Notes: a model not told the origin generated them from the letters alone. A DNA stretch of 64,000 nt from Candidatus Delongbacteria bacterium (GCA_963663545.1 OY760505.1:2112001-2176000); one strand, 5' to 3'; counted from the stretch's first letter, positions 1-11,026 are shown. Numbers and translations: made by a program.

Positions 1-57
1 GCCTACTACATTTGAGCCGCATCTGCCTCCTGGAGAACTACTGTAAAGGAGCACATT

Positions 58-1137
58 GTGCATAGAGTTGTGATACGAATGATTCTGATAACCTTGATGC
101 TTTCCGTTCCGGTGATGGCCCAGTCGGACGTGTACCCCTTTGATGATGTGCACGGCTATCCGCACTACAACTTGAGCGGGACCGGGATGGCACTAGGAGT
201 CAGCCCTTCGCTGGCTGGCGTCGCCGTGACCAACCCGGCCGCCATGACCGAATGGCCAGCCAATCTGGCGGGAATCGCGTATCACGCCGAGAGTAGCGTT
301 GATCCTGGATCGAGCAATTCGTATCACATGCGCCGCGCCCGCTGGCGTCCATCGATGATCGGCGTGGTAGAACCCTGGATGGAAGCCGGAGTAGGTCTGG
401 GTTATGTACAGCGCTACAATCGTCTCACGCAGGGCTCTTCCAGTGGCAGCCCGTATTACGAAGAAGTGTTGGTTGAAGGCCTGGCAAGCTGCATGTCCCA
501 GCGCTACGACCTGAAACGCGCGGGTGCCTTCGATCTAGGAGTACGCATCGAGTATCTGCGGATGTACTACAGCTACGGAACTCGCGATCTGGCAGGTGGT
601 CCGGCTAACAGCGGGGAGCTGGAGGACACCTTCTACGGCTGGGCTGTTGGTGCACGCTGGAAGCGGCAGTTCAAGCATTTCCGGGTGGAGATCGGTTCGC
701 AGTATGAGACCTTTACTGGCGTAAATGCAACCATGTCCATGCGCTATGCATCACGCGAGGTGCACGCTCAACTTCCAACAGCAATTCATACTGGGCTGAT
801 TCTGGGCGACCTTCCCTGGGTGGATCTTGTACTTGGATGGTCGCACATTCGGTACAGCGAAGTCAGTGACAACCTGAACGATCGCGATGACTTCAGCGCT
901 AGCGTTGTCTGGCGCGGTCCGGCGGCGATGCGCGTAAACCTTGGAGCGTGGACCAGCGGAATTGATGAGCAGGATAACGACGATAGTGAGCTCAATACGG
1001 TCTACCTGCAGACGGGTATCAGCTATCAGATCGATAATGCGCTAATGGAAATCGCACTAGCTGACAGTCATTTCCTGGGCGGCGAGTACCGCAAGCAAAC
1101 CATCTTGCGCTTGGCGGTATCTTACACCATGCACTGA
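58..1137 (+). CDS. Outer-membrane beta-barrel protein, FadL/OmpP1/PorV-like
   Basis: Signal peptide (ILITLMLSVPVMA), early NPAA motif, amphipathic strands, C-terminal LAVSY; AAGGAG upstream. Confidence 0.55.
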   Translation: MHRVVIRMILITLMLSVPVMAQSDVYPFDDVHGYPHYNLSGTGMALGVSPSLAGVAVTNPAAMTEWPANLAGIAYHAESSVDPGSSNSYHMRRARWRPSMIGVVEPWMEAGVGLGYVQRYNRLTQGSSSGSPYYEEVLVEGLASCMSQRYDLKRAGAFDLGVRIEYLRMYYSYGTRDLAGGPANSGELEDTFYGWAVGARWKRQFKHFRVEIGSQYETFTGVNATMSMRYASREVHAQLPTAIHTGLILGDLPWVDLVLGWSHIRYSEVSDNLNDRDDFSASVVWRGPAAMRVNLGAWTSGIDEQDNDDSELNTVYLQTGISYQIDNALMEIALADSHFLGGEYRKQTILRLAVSYTMH

Positions 1138-2795
1138 TGTGGAACTGTACCGGTCTGGAACAGTCCGCTATCACGATGCTGTAACCGTGATACACAGGCT
1201 TTTACTGCATTGGCAGAAGCAAGCAGTGTGACACGTTTTCGAGCGCGTGTTACTGCTGTGTATAGTAGTTGACGACAATGCAGCGGCGAGTCATCATCGC
1301 CCAACACAACAATGGCATGATCGAATTCGCTGCCCTGACTCTTGTGCACAGTCAGAGCCCAACTCGTCTCATGGGGCGGAAGTTGGTGCAGCTCAACGGC
1401 TCTTGGTGGCGCAGAGGGGAAATACACGCAGGACTTGCCGGAGGAGTCCTTCAACAACAAACCGGAATCACCGTTGTACAGCGCGCGAAACGAGTCGTTG
1501 CGTGTCACAAGTATCGGTCGGCCATGATACTCGCGTTGTCCCGTCTGATAGCCAAGCGTTCGCTCGCAGAGTTGGTTTACGCGTGACACGCCGCGAGCTC
1601 CTGTGTTGTGGGCGCAAAGCACTCTGCAGCTTGCAAGCCTTGCTAGTGCATTTTCCGGTACTGTCTCATGTGATGCTGCCAGGACTTCCGGAAGAAGAGC
1701 GGAGAGCTCCACCTGCAGGGATTCCTCTTCCGGAATCCAGCAAACGCTGCCATCCGGAGGCTTCGACAACAGGCTAAGACAAGCCGATGTGTCACCGCGG
1801 GAAATGGCTTGCGCCAATTGAGCAATGGCCCCTTCCCCCGAAAACCGATAGCTATGAGAGAGATGTGCTACAAGCGCTGTCTCACCACTCTGTGAGACGA
1901 AGTGCGCGCTGATATCGCGAAGGATATCACCAGCATCAATTGATGCCAGCTGACCGGGGTCTCCCAGCAGCACCAGCCTTGAGTTGGATGGGAGAGCGTT
2001 CAGCAAGGCGTGCATCATTGATAGATCTATCATGGACGCTTCATCAACAATAACCAAATCGTTGCCAAGTGGATTTTCAGCGTGATACAGCGGCCGATCC
2101 GAGTCGAAGCGGATTCCCAATAACCTGTGCAGGGTCAAGGATTCTTGCGGCAATCGTTCTTGCAACTCCGACGGCAGATTTAGCGACCGAATGCCGTGAT
2201 GCAGCGCTTCCTGCATACGTGCTGCCGCCTTACCGGTTGGTGCGGCAAGAGCAATACGGCGGGGAGCGTCGGGCTGATCCAGCAGCACGGCGAGCAATCG
2301 AAGAATAGTCGTCGTCTTGCCCGTTCCAGGTCCGCCTGTGATGATACAGAGCCTCTGGCGCAGTGCGCTAACTACCGCTCGGGACTGCTCCAGCGATATG
2401 CCCTCGCTCAACCAGCGTTGCTTGCTGTGGAAGAATGCAGCCTCGTTCACAGGCATCTCGCGGCCAGCTAGTTCACGCAAACGCGCTTCAAGGGCACGCT
2501 CCTGCAGCCAGGGGCGCAGGTAATACAAGCGCTGCTGCTCATCAAGAACGAGGGGGCGTGTCTGCGATCCATTATCCAGCAGGTCGCTCTCCTCAAGAAG
2601 ACGGCCTAGCAAGTGCTGGTCTCCACCTTCCGAAAAACGATCCAGCGGAAGGCAGACATTTCCAGCGGCGTGATACGATGCCAGTTTCAGAAGGAGTTCC
2701 TGCAATAGTGCTTGTCTATCAATGGGTAGACGACAATGACGCAGCAGCAATTGTGTGAGCCAGAAAGACCCCGCACCGATTTCATCAGCCTTCAT
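1122..2795 (-). CDS. recD: Exodeoxyribonuclease V alpha subunit
   Basis: Walker A ITGGPGTGKTT, AAPTGKAAARM, IVDEASMID, TVHKSQGSEF, LLYTAVTRAR; follows recB. Confidence 0.96.
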   Translation of the reverse strand: MKADEIGAGSFWLTQLLLRHCRLPIDRQALLQELLLKLASYHAAGNVCLPLDRFSEGGDQHLLGRLLEESDLLDNGSQTRPLVLDEQQRLYYLRPWLQERALEARLRELAGREMPVNEAAFFHSKQRWLSEGISLEQSRAVVSALRQRLCIITGGPGTGKTTTILRLLAVLLDQPDAPRRIALAAPTGKAAARMQEALHHGIRSLNLPSELQERLPQESLTLHRLLGIRFDSDRPLYHAENPLGNDLVIVDEASMIDLSMMHALLNALPSNSRLVLLGDPGQLASIDAGDILRDISAHFVSQSGETALVAHLSHSYRFSGEGAIAQLAQAISRGDTSACLSLLSKPPDGSVCWIPEEESLQVELSALLPEVLAASHETVPENALARLASCRVLCAHNTGARGVSRVNQLCERTLGYQTGQREYHGRPILVTRNDSFRALYNGDSGLLLKDSSGKSCVYFPSAPPRAVELHQLPPHETSWALTVHKSQGSEFDHAIVVLGDDDSPLHCRQLLYTAVTRARKRVTLLASANAVKACVSRLQHRDSGLFQTGTVPHQCMV

Positions 2796-5700
2796 GTCTC
2801 ATCTCCTGCTGCAGCGCTCGAATCAAATCCGCCGGCACAAGATCGTGATACACGCCAGTTCCAGCGGGTCCGTACATCCCTCGCAGATAGAGGTAGTGGG
2901 CACCTCCCATGTGCAGTTCATACTGGTAGCCCGTAACACGCGTCGCCAAGAGACGGTCAAGCGCCAAGGTGTAGATCAAGTATTGCAGCCAATAGCTCGA
3001 TGCACGAATGCTTTGTTTCAACGGACTCTGATCGTAGGAACGGTAGTCCGGGCCAAGATGATTGGATTTGTAATCCACAATGTGCCAGCGGCCTTCATGA
3101 AAGAAGACCAGGTCGATAAACCCCGTCAGGAAGGACTCGACGGCACCCGCGCCAAGGCTGCCAATGCTCAGGCTGCCATGTTGTTCTGGCCAGCGGAATC
3201 GCTGCAAAAGATCGATGATGCGCTCGCTGCTTGCCTTTGCGGTGGACAAATGGAATTCCAACTCCTTGAATACGCTAGAGGGTTGCAGTTGAGAAAGGGA
3301 GGGAAGCCCGTTACCCAATGGCTGACTCAGCCATAGCTGAAGTAAGGGCAACAGGCTGGCAGCTTCCAGTCCACGTTGTGGCGTGGTCTGTAACACAGTT
3401 GAGCAGCATTCGAGTAGATAGTCGGTGTTCCGTGATCGATGAAACTCAACCTTCTCTAGTAACTCGTGCAGAAGCGTTCCCATACCCGCACCGCGCGGAA
3501 GGAGCGCTCCGGCATCTTGCTCGGAAACCGAAGGAGAACCCTGCTCGCGGTCGTGGGCATCATCGCCCTCATGCAAGCCTGAGCTTAGCGCAGAAAAACT
3601 TGTGATACGCCAGCCGGCATCAACCGTCCTTCGCGAGTACTCAAGGATTTCCAGTTGCTCAGTGCTCTGCGATATGGCGGCGTTGTCACCCATGTGCGGG
3701 ACATCCAGGCAACAGCAGGCAATGGCTTGTGGAAGCTGCTCAATTTCCGCTGAAGCGTCTGTGGCAGACGCACAAAGAAAAGCCTGCTGCTTTCCAAAAA
3801 GCAACCAGTCGAGCACAGAGGGCGCACTTCCGCGTAGTCCGGCCTGAGGCAGTGGTATCACGAGACGACTCCGCGCACGCGTCATTGCCACGTAACACAG
3901 ACGTATCTGCTCTGCGAGGGACTCCGCCGCACTAACCGTTGACGCTTCAGCGAATGTTGCGTCTTCTGGCGCGGGGAAGGTCGCAATCATCCTGTGTTGC
4001 TTATCGTGATACAGGATGGGAAGTGAGATTCGGGATTCCTTCGCAAGAGCCAAGGTTGGACAGTAAACAACGGCGTACTCCAGGCCCTTGGAAACATGAA
4101 TTGTCAGAACCTGAACCAGCTGTCCTTCATTTTCAAGCCGTAGCTGATGACTTTCACTGCCTGCTGTATCACGAGTAGCGAGCAACCAGTTCAATAGGGC
4201 AGCGGGGTCGTGGGCCGCAGAACCAGCAGAAGCACAGAGTTCACCAAGATGCTGCCAGTTAACAAGCGTTCGTTCAGCGCTGCCATCCCCTGGCAAACGC
4301 GTAGCTCCACCCCGTCGGAATAGCAGGAATTCAATGACTGTCGCTGCTCCTTGGTGCTGTAGTAGTTCCTGCCAGAAACTCACTTCCTGTTGCCATCCTG
4401 ACCAGGACTGATGATCAGACTGCAACTGAAGCAGTGTGTCACCCGAGTAACCAAGCAGACTCCCTGTCAATACCGTGGATAGAAGACCATCACGACCGGG
4501 ACTGTTGAGAAGCTTCAGTAGCGCGACCAGATCTTGTGCTTCTGCGGATTCCAAAACACTGTGACGGCTACGGAGTACGTGCGGAATGCCGCGCGCCTTC
4601 AGCTCCGTAGAGATGATTTGTCCTTGCGCGTGACTGTGCACAAGAACGGCAATGTCTCCGCCGTGCAGCGGTCGTGTGTCACCGTGATTCAGCGGCAATC
4701 TGGCACGTCCACGCGAGGCCTTATCTAGCAACCAGGAAATGTCATCTGCGACCGAGGACATGATCTCGGAAAGCAGTGCAGGCTTGTTCTTGTGTTGCGT
4801 CGGCATTGACCAGAATCGCAAGGGGGTTTTGTGAGAATCGGGATCACTGTCCAGCTGAAGATCACTTTCGTCTGAAAGGGCTGGTTGCACATTAGGCACA
4901 GGGATGCCCTTTAGCAGAAAAGCGTCTGGTTGACGCTGAAAGAGCGCGTTCAGCGATGCTACAAGCGCTGGCGAGGAGCGCCAGTTGTAGTCAAGACAGT
5001 ATTGGGTATCACAGAGACTGGCCGCTTTCAGATAGGCGCTAATGTCGGCACCACGGAAACGATAAATGGCCTGGCGCGGATCACCAATGAAGTAAGTGCA
5101 GGAGTTGTGCAGCAGCTTGGTAAAGACCTTCACTTGCACAGGGTCGGTATCCTGGAACTCGTCGATCAGAGCCACTGGAAACTGCTGAGAGACTCGAGAT
5201 GCCAATCGTCCATCTGCATCACGATCAATGGCGTGGGACAATTGCTCAAGCGCATCTCCGTGGCTTGTAAGGCCGAGGGAAGCAAGGCGATGACGAAGTG
5301 CCCTCGTGTAGCGAACATACAACCGTGCCGCGAACCGCAATCCACACGCTTTCAGCCAGGTCTGGCGCTGTTCCAAGAACTCCAGTAGCGGTCGGGTATG
5401 CATGAAGAACTCGTGCGCGGGAGGATCTGCCCCTTTCTTGCACCCGGAGGCGAGACTTTCGGGCGTCATCCGTTCGAGTGCCTTTACCGGTGTGGAAACT
5501 TGCTCAACGTCGTTCAACCATGACTCGATGTCTGCACACCATTGTATCACGCTGGTGTCTTTGTAGATGTTCTTCTTCAAGTCCGAGCTCAACAGCAGAG
5601 CGCATACATCGTCTTGATTCCAGGCGGAGCGAGCTTGTGTGTAAGCAAGTTGCCATTGAGTGTCGCTGACAGCAGCTGGTTTGCGCGTAACACGCAACTT

Positions 5701-6348
5701 GAGCTGCTTCTGACTTTGGAGCTGTTGGAACATTTCAAGCCAGGACTCCGGCGTCGTCAGTGCGGATTTCTGATTTGGGAAAATGGCGGCAGGTGAATCA
5801 TGCAAGACCTGGATCAGTGCGTGCGGCAGAAGCTCCAATTCGTTGCGAAGCAAGTCCGCCAGAACCTGCAGCTGAATCTGCCCAAGATCCGGCACCAGTT
5901 CAAGCTGAAAGCTGCTACCTCCAGCCAAGGCATTCTCGGATAGAAGCCGCTGACAGAAGCCGTCAATGGTGAAAATGGCGGCGTTTGCCAGTTGCTTGTA
6001 ACACAACTCAAGATGCTGAAGAGAGCCGTCATCTACGTGTTCAAGCAAAGCAAGTAGCAACGGGTCCGCGCAAGATGTCAGTTGACCACGCTGCTTGGCG
6101 CGGGCGTGATGCAGAAGCTCTTCCAAGCGGGAAGAGATTCGCAGGCGTAACTCCGCAGTGGCCGCGCGCGTAAATGTGACACAGAGAATGCGTCCAGGTA
6201 GCAGTCTGTCACGCAGCATGAACCAGAGGACGAGCGCCGTCAGGGCATAGGTTTTACCTGTTCCCGCTCCGGCTTCCAGCAGAAAACGTCCACGATCAGT
6301 GCCAGCACGGCAGGTGGGAGCCTGGGTAGCCTGGAAAGAGTGCTTCAT
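2785..6348 (-). CDS. recB: Exodeoxyribonuclease V beta subunit
   Basis: EAGAGTGKT, VTFTRAATAEL, IDEFQDTD, TIHVSKGLEY, YVAMTRA; nuclease motif GFIDLVF...IVDYKSNHLG. Confidence 0.96.
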   Translation of the reverse strand: MKHSFQATQAPTCRAGTDRGRFLLEAGAGTGKTYALTALVLWFMLRDRLLPGRILCVTFTRAATAELRLRISSRLEELLHHARAKQRGQLTSCADPLLLALLEHVDDGSLQHLELCYKQLANAAIFTIDGFCQRLLSENALAGGSSFQLELVPDLGQIQLQVLADLLRNELELLPHALIQVLHDSPAAIFPNQKSALTTPESWLEMFQQLQSQKQLKLRVTRKPAAVSDTQWQLAYTQARSAWNQDDVCALLLSSDLKKNIYKDTSVIQWCADIESWLNDVEQVSTPVKALERMTPESLASGCKKGADPPAHEFFMHTRPLLEFLEQRQTWLKACGLRFAARLYVRYTRALRHRLASLGLTSHGDALEQLSHAIDRDADGRLASRVSQQFPVALIDEFQDTDPVQVKVFTKLLHNSCTYFIGDPRQAIYRFRGADISAYLKAASLCDTQYCLDYNWRSSPALVASLNALFQRQPDAFLLKGIPVPNVQPALSDESDLQLDSDPDSHKTPLRFWSMPTQHKNKPALLSEIMSSVADDISWLLDKASRGRARLPLNHGDTRPLHGGDIAVLVHSHAQGQIISTELKARGIPHVLRSRHSVLESAEAQDLVALLKLLNSPGRDGLLSTVLTGSLLGYSGDTLLQLQSDHQSWSGWQQEVSFWQELLQHQGAATVIEFLLFRRGGATRLPGDGSAERTLVNWQHLGELCASAGSAAHDPAALLNWLLATRDTAGSESHQLRLENEGQLVQVLTIHVSKGLEYAVVYCPTLALAKESRISLPILYHDKQHRMIATFPAPEDATFAEASTVSAAESLAEQIRLCYVAMTRARSRLVIPLPQAGLRGSAPSVLDWLLFGKQQAFLCASATDASAEIEQLPQAIACCCLDVPHMGDNAAISQSTEQLEILEYSRRTVDAGWRITSFSALSSGLHEGDDAHDREQGSPSVSEQDAGALLPRGAGMGTLLHELLEKVEFHRSRNTDYLLECCSTVLQTTPQRGLEAASLLPLLQLWLSQPLGNGLPSLSQLQPSSVFKELEFHLSTAKASSERIIDLLQRFRWPEQHGSLSIGSLGAGAVESFLTGFIDLVFFHEGRWHIVDYKSNHLGPDYRSYDQSPLKQSIRASSYWLQYLIYTLALDRLLATRVTGYQYELHMGGAHYLYLRGMYGPAGTGVYHDLVPADLIRALQQEMRHEG

Positions 6349-9300
6349 AGTGGCACTCCTTCCACGTGTGTTACAAGATCACTCGCACATTCGGCGCCAA
6401 ATCGTAAGTGCTGCAAGAATTCCTTCTGGGTCCAGGGTGGCGAATCTCCCCAGACCAGAAGTGTCGCGGAAGTGGAGTGATACGGAGAATTCTCAGTGTT
6501 CCATGTCTCGATTACTTTGCTGATAGCAGTGAGAAAGCCCTCTTCACCGCTCTTGTTCAACGCCGCAGAGAGCTTGAGCAGCAGATCTGAGGGCCAGAAA
6601 ACGGGTCGGCTCAACCCTAGCTCTGCAAGGCGCAACAGGTTTTGCAGGGAGCGTGTTGGATTGTCTAAGGGCCGGAAGCTTGCATGTCCTTCGGGAGTCA
6701 TCATCGAGGCTGACAGACCGTGATACTCGACGAAAGCATTTGACAACAGAACATGTTTCAGCCAGCACTGAAGAAGCTGATGAGGACGCAAGGCGCCTGG
6801 CTGCAGGTGGAGAAACCCCTTGGCCGAAAGGCCTTGAATTACGCCCTGCAGCGACCAGGATTCGAACTGAAGATCGATAGTGCAGTAGCCCGCGGGGGCA
6901 AATTCAGGTGTCGCATGCAGCAAGGGTGACACGTCTTCCACCAAGTGTTGCATCCGTTGCGCACCGCTGTGATAAAGGCTGTCTGCGATAGGAAGGACTG
7001 GCAGAGCGCCTGCGTGAGACATCGCCTGAAGGGAATACGGTGCATTGCCCGACAAGAATCGGGACAGCAATGCATTGTGAAGCTTCCAGCGATCAAGTCC
7101 GCGCAGCTCAAAGCTCTGTTCATCGGGTGGGTGCTCGCTGGTTTGTGGCAGGACAATACCACAGCGCAGTCGTAAAAACAGGTCCAGTGGATCTCGCAAG
7201 AAGCGCTGTAACACATCCAGTCTACGATGAACCTCGTCCAACTCAGGAAGCGGTGCAGCAAGAAAGGGCTCACGCACAAAGCGCTGCTGTATCACCTGCG
7301 CGGCTGAAAAGGCATCGCGGTCGCGCGCCATTGCGGATCCAGAGTGAAAATGCTGAGAGCTGACCCGCTGGAGCGGCCAGCTGGTCACGTGCATGGGCGA
7401 CTCCCCCCATTCGCGCAGATGATCCTGTATATGACTGATCAGTGAACTCGGCGGGAGGTCGCTATCGTCAACCGTGCTCTTGCCGATGTAGCTCAACAGC
7501 AGATGCTCGCGAACCGAGAGTAGGCTTTCTAAGAGAATCTGCCGGTCCTCCAGTTCGCGACTGCGCTCTCCCGGTCGACGCTGTGTTTCCGGCATCAATT
7601 CATTACTTGTATCACGTCTTGGAAAGGTGTCCTGGTCAAGTCCCAGAAGACATAGCACGCGTGCGGGAACGTGACGCATCGGCTGCAATCCGGCAAAGCA
7701 GACTTCGCCGCGCAACCACGAACTACGGTTTCCATTGTCCTCGGGGAGCTCGCGAAGGAGCACACTCAGCGGAACTGGAAGCTCGCATCTGGATTCGCTG
7801 GCTGTGTCACGCAGATCGGCGACAGTGCGCAACAAAAGAGTATCCGCAGGCGATCCGGCTAGACTTTCAGGGAACCATGCCTGGTACAACTCAAGCAACA
7901 GATCGCTCCAGGCAAGTAGACTGCGGTCCTCGGAAACGGCCACGCTGCCTGATAGTAACAGTTGCGCCACTTCGACGAGACGATCGAAAAGGTCACGGCG
8001 CGAATGTGCATCACCAGCGGGAAGAAGAGCGCCAAAGGCCTCCGTCTCGGAGGGCATGGCGAGGGCCAACGCTAACCGGTCGAGGGTTGCTTTCCATGTG
8101 CCCGCTTCAGTGACTGGTAGTCCAAGACGCTGTCTGTGTCCCGAATCCGCACCCCAGCGAAGTCCACCTTGTGCAAGCCAGTTCGACAACGCGTCGATGT
8201 CATCGTTGGAAAGAGAAAATCTTTCTAGCGTGATGGGATGATGAAGAAAGTGTGATACATCAAGCAGGCTAAGTCGTCCACCGATGAGATACAGCAATTC
8301 GCGCAACCACCCGGCCGCATCGTGTTCAGCATTGGGGGAGGTGTCTGAAATGCGCCAAGGGATGTGCTGAGCAGGATCAGCCACAGAAAATGTGGCGCGA
8401 ATCGCCCATTCCATCTTCGCGGGATCAGGCATGAGAACAAGCACTTCCCCTGCATTCAAGCTGGGGTCTCTGTCGAAGCGCTCCAGCAGATACTCGCGTA
8501 AGGCTTGCAGTTCACGCAGTGGACTATGTGTCACGTGTATCCGCAGCGAATCGTCAGCCTTTGGCACACTCTTCACCGCTTGGCCACTCAGACGATTCTG
8601 CATACGACCAAGCGCGTGATCATTACAGAAGGTGTCGTGCTCTAGTAGCAAACGCGCACCGTACTCCAGCAACTGTTGCTGCAACTCCGCCGACTGGGCA
8701 CCCAGATAGGAGGCCAGACTGTTGGATGCGCTGAGCTCCTGGCCAGTTCCCAAACAGAGAAAGCGCACATCGCAATGGCGTGAAAGTGATACAAATGTTT
8801 CCAACTGAGGCTTGGGCAGCGCGCTGATGCCAAAGAGCATCAACTCGCGGGGGCAGGCCGCCGGATCGCTACTCCAGTCGAGAATCGCCTTGAGCGAGTC
8901 CAGCCTCTTCGCACGATGATGTTTCTGAGTTGTGTCACGCAGTAGTGACGTCCACAAGAGTGAATGATAACCGGTTCCGCGACCGTCCTCCCATTGCTGC
9001 AAAAGATCCGGACGATACACAAGCAGACTATCGTAGACTTCGGAGAGTTTGTCACACAGTTCATAGCGGCGTGTCACGGTGTCACCGTGATCCAGCCATC
9101 TTCGTAGCGGTTGCAGCTGTGGTTTCGAGATCAGATCGGGAAGAAGACCTAACAAGCGCCAGCGCATATTGGCGCGACTAAAAGCGTCCACATCGGGAGG
9201 CCGCTCGCCGGAAAGCTCTTCGTGAAGCTCCCACAGCCAACTTGCCGGAAAGGGAAAGCGCAGCGACGCACAAATACCCATCTGCCTGGCGAGTTCGAGC

Positions 9301-9452
9301 TTCAGCCAGCGTGCCATGCCAAGATGGTTGACGATGACAACGCGCTCGTCAAGAGCCCTGGATAGTGGCGCTGCGTGTTCCTCACGCAGATGTAACACGA
9401 GCTGCTTTGCCAGCCGTTCCGGTCGATTGCTGAGCTGAAGCCAAAGGGCCAT
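6345..9452 (-). CDS. recC: Exodeoxyribonuclease V gamma subunit
   Basis: SNRPERL, GMARWLKLELA...GICASLRFPFP, HSPLREL, LQPMRHVPARVLCLLGL; ATGA overlap with recB. Confidence 0.93.
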   Translation of the reverse strand: MALWLQLSNRPERLAKQLVLHLREEHAAPLSRALDERVVIVNHLGMARWLKLELARQMGICASLRFPFPASWLWELHEELSGERPPDVDAFSRANMRWRLLGLLPDLISKPQLQPLRRWLDHGDTVTRRYELCDKLSEVYDSLLVYRPDLLQQWEDGRGTGYHSLLWTSLLRDTTQKHHRAKRLDSLKAILDWSSDPAACPRELMLFGISALPKPQLETFVSLSRHCDVRFLCLGTGQELSASNSLASYLGAQSAELQQQLLEYGARLLLEHDTFCNDHALGRMQNRLSGQAVKSVPKADDSLRIHVTHSPLRELQALREYLLERFDRDPSLNAGEVLVLMPDPAKMEWAIRATFSVADPAQHIPWRISDTSPNAEHDAAGWLRELLYLIGGRLSLLDVSHFLHHPITLERFSLSNDDIDALSNWLAQGGLRWGADSGHRQRLGLPVTEAGTWKATLDRLALALAMPSETEAFGALLPAGDAHSRRDLFDRLVEVAQLLLSGSVAVSEDRSLLAWSDLLLELYQAWFPESLAGSPADTLLLRTVADLRDTASESRCELPVPLSVLLRELPEDNGNRSSWLRGEVCFAGLQPMRHVPARVLCLLGLDQDTFPRRDTSNELMPETQRRPGERSRELEDRQILLESLLSVREHLLLSYIGKSTVDDSDLPPSSLISHIQDHLREWGESPMHVTSWPLQRVSSQHFHSGSAMARDRDAFSAAQVIQQRFVREPFLAAPLPELDEVHRRLDVLQRFLRDPLDLFLRLRCGIVLPQTSEHPPDEQSFELRGLDRWKLHNALLSRFLSGNAPYSLQAMSHAGALPVLPIADSLYHSGAQRMQHLVEDVSPLLHATPEFAPAGYCTIDLQFESWSLQGVIQGLSAKGFLHLQPGALRPHQLLQCWLKHVLLSNAFVEYHGLSASMMTPEGHASFRPLDNPTRSLQNLLRLAELGLSRPVFWPSDLLLKLSAALNKSGEEGFLTAISKVIETWNTENSPYHSTSATLLVWGDSPPWTQKEFLQHLRFGAECASDLVTHVEGVPL

Positions 9453-9583
9453 AGGTACTCCTGATGTGTTGGCCTCAAGATAGGGCCGGGGCGGGACATT
9501 CTGGTTGTGTCAATGGCGGCAAGATTCTAGACACTTTGCACATTCTCATGCAGGATTTTCACAAGGAAACAAAGGTTTACGGG

Positions 9584-9598
9584 TGGCGCGGTTCTTGC
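9584..9598 (+). promoter_or_regulatory. sigma54 (-24/-12) promoter
   Basis: TGGCGCGGTTCTTGC fits TGGCAC-N5-TTGC; 24 nt before ATG 9623, which has a GGAGG RBS. Confidence 0.65.
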
Positions 9599-9622
9599 CA
9601 AGTTTCTGGGTGGAGGTGTGAG

Positions 9623-10999
9623 ATGAAAGCTGCATTCTGTTGCTTTGTGACCGTGATTGCCGGTTGTTTGCATGCGGCAACACTGGAAGTCTACCATGAT
9701 TTGGCCGCCTTCGCGGCGCGAGCTGGTACCCTGAACCAGATCACTTTTGATGATCTACCCACAGGCGGTGAAGCCTACTTCACGCCCGATCACTATCAAC
9801 CCAGCACAGGAATGAGGCTCACTGCGCTTAATGCCGGCGGGCAGTACGCGGGAGATTCCTTTGGCTTTCCGGTGGATTTCGCTCCTGTGTCCGCGCCTAA
9901 TGTGTACTCGCCCGGACCCGTCGGCGTTGCCTCGTCATCATGTATCACGAGGGTTGATTTCTACACGAGCAGCAATCGCGCGCTAAGCTCGGCCTTCGGC
10001 TACTGGTATATCGATTCGGATGTCTCACAGTATCCGTGTCACATGAAGGTGTACAATGACGCTCTTTGCCTCTGGCAGGAGATCACGCTTCCTGTGGGTG
10101 GAAATGGCAGTCAACAGTTCATCGGCGTAGTCTGTGCTACGGAGGGTGGTGGTCTGCAAGCTGGAATTGGCCGCGTAGACATTGACAGCGGTCGCGGATG
10201 GCCCGCGAGTAGCCATGAGGAGGGTGTGGTGCTTGATGATTTTTACTGCACTCCGCCAAGTGGAAGCCCGGCAATCCAATCTGCTCTTGTATCACGATTT
10301 GAAACCGACAACGAAGGGTGGTGGCTGTGGGATGCGCCTACCAGTAGTGGTGTCTTGCCCTACCCGGGAACGAGCGGAATAAACACGGAACCGCTCGTCG
10401 ACTCCGGTGATCTACTGGTTGGCGATTTGGGCTACGACTGGCTTTACGCCATGGCGCCGGATAGTTGGCACGGTGACTGGAGATCGTATCACATGGTCAA
10501 TGCTCGTGTCACACCGGGAACGGCTGAGCCGGTGAGTATCGCTTCGGGCTACTACATGGCAGACGGATACGGAACAGACGCGCAGAATGCGGCCATTCTA
10601 GTTATGGACGAATTCATGACGGCGGGTGTTAGCTCCCACATGACCGTCAATCTGCAGGATTCGCAGTGGTCCATGTTGCGCGGCAACTGGCAGGATCTGC
10701 TGGCGAGCGTGCAGGTCTTTGGTGTGCGTCTCGATTTGAACAGTCTTGTAACACCGGAAGAAACCCACCTGTTACACGAGATCGTCGTCGGGCCACTGCC
10801 TGAGCTGCATATCGAGTACAATGACCCGCAGGTGCGCGTCTTCTGGCAGGGCTTCCCGGGTCTGAACTACACGCTGTGTAGCACCATCGACATCCACAAC
10901 TGGAATATAGAAGCGGTACTTCCCGGAGCGGCTTCGATGGAGCATGTTCGCACGCCAGCTATGGACGAGCGCCGATTCTGGTGTGTGGAAATCGAGTAA
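9623..10999 (+). CDS. Secreted protein with a laminin-B-like beta-sandwich region and a C-terminal FN3-like domain
   Basis: Start moved to ATG 9623 (RBS, signal peptide MKAAFCCFVTVIAGCLHA); SRFETDNEGW...APDSWHGDW resembles the laminin B domain. Confidence 0.55.
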   Translation: MKAAFCCFVTVIAGCLHAATLEVYHDLAAFAARAGTLNQITFDDLPTGGEAYFTPDHYQPSTGMRLTALNAGGQYAGDSFGFPVDFAPVSAPNVYSPGPVGVASSSCITRVDFYTSSNRALSSAFGYWYIDSDVSQYPCHMKVYNDALCLWQEITLPVGGNGSQQFIGVVCATEGGGLQAGIGRVDIDSGRGWPASSHEEGVVLDDFYCTPPSGSPAIQSALVSRFETDNEGWWLWDAPTSSGVLPYPGTSGINTEPLVDSGDLLVGDLGYDWLYAMAPDSWHGDWRSYHMVNARVTPGTAEPVSIASGYYMADGYGTDAQNAAILVMDEFMTAGVSSHMTVNLQDSQWSMLRGNWQDLLASVQVFGVRLDLNSLVTPEETHLLHEIVVGPLPELHIEYNDPQVRVFWQGFPGLNYTLCSTIDIHNWNIEAVLPGAASMEHVRTPAMDERRFWCVEIE

Positions 11000-11026
11000 C
11001 GGTAGCACCGAAACATTGCATGTATC

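Noticed and set aside
9464..9622. N-terminal extensions in the ORF track (also at 22183, 36857, 41752, 45435, 46610, 51432)
   Set aside because: Downstream starts have an RBS, a signal peptide or the family N-terminus; the extensions overlap promoters or neighbouring genes.
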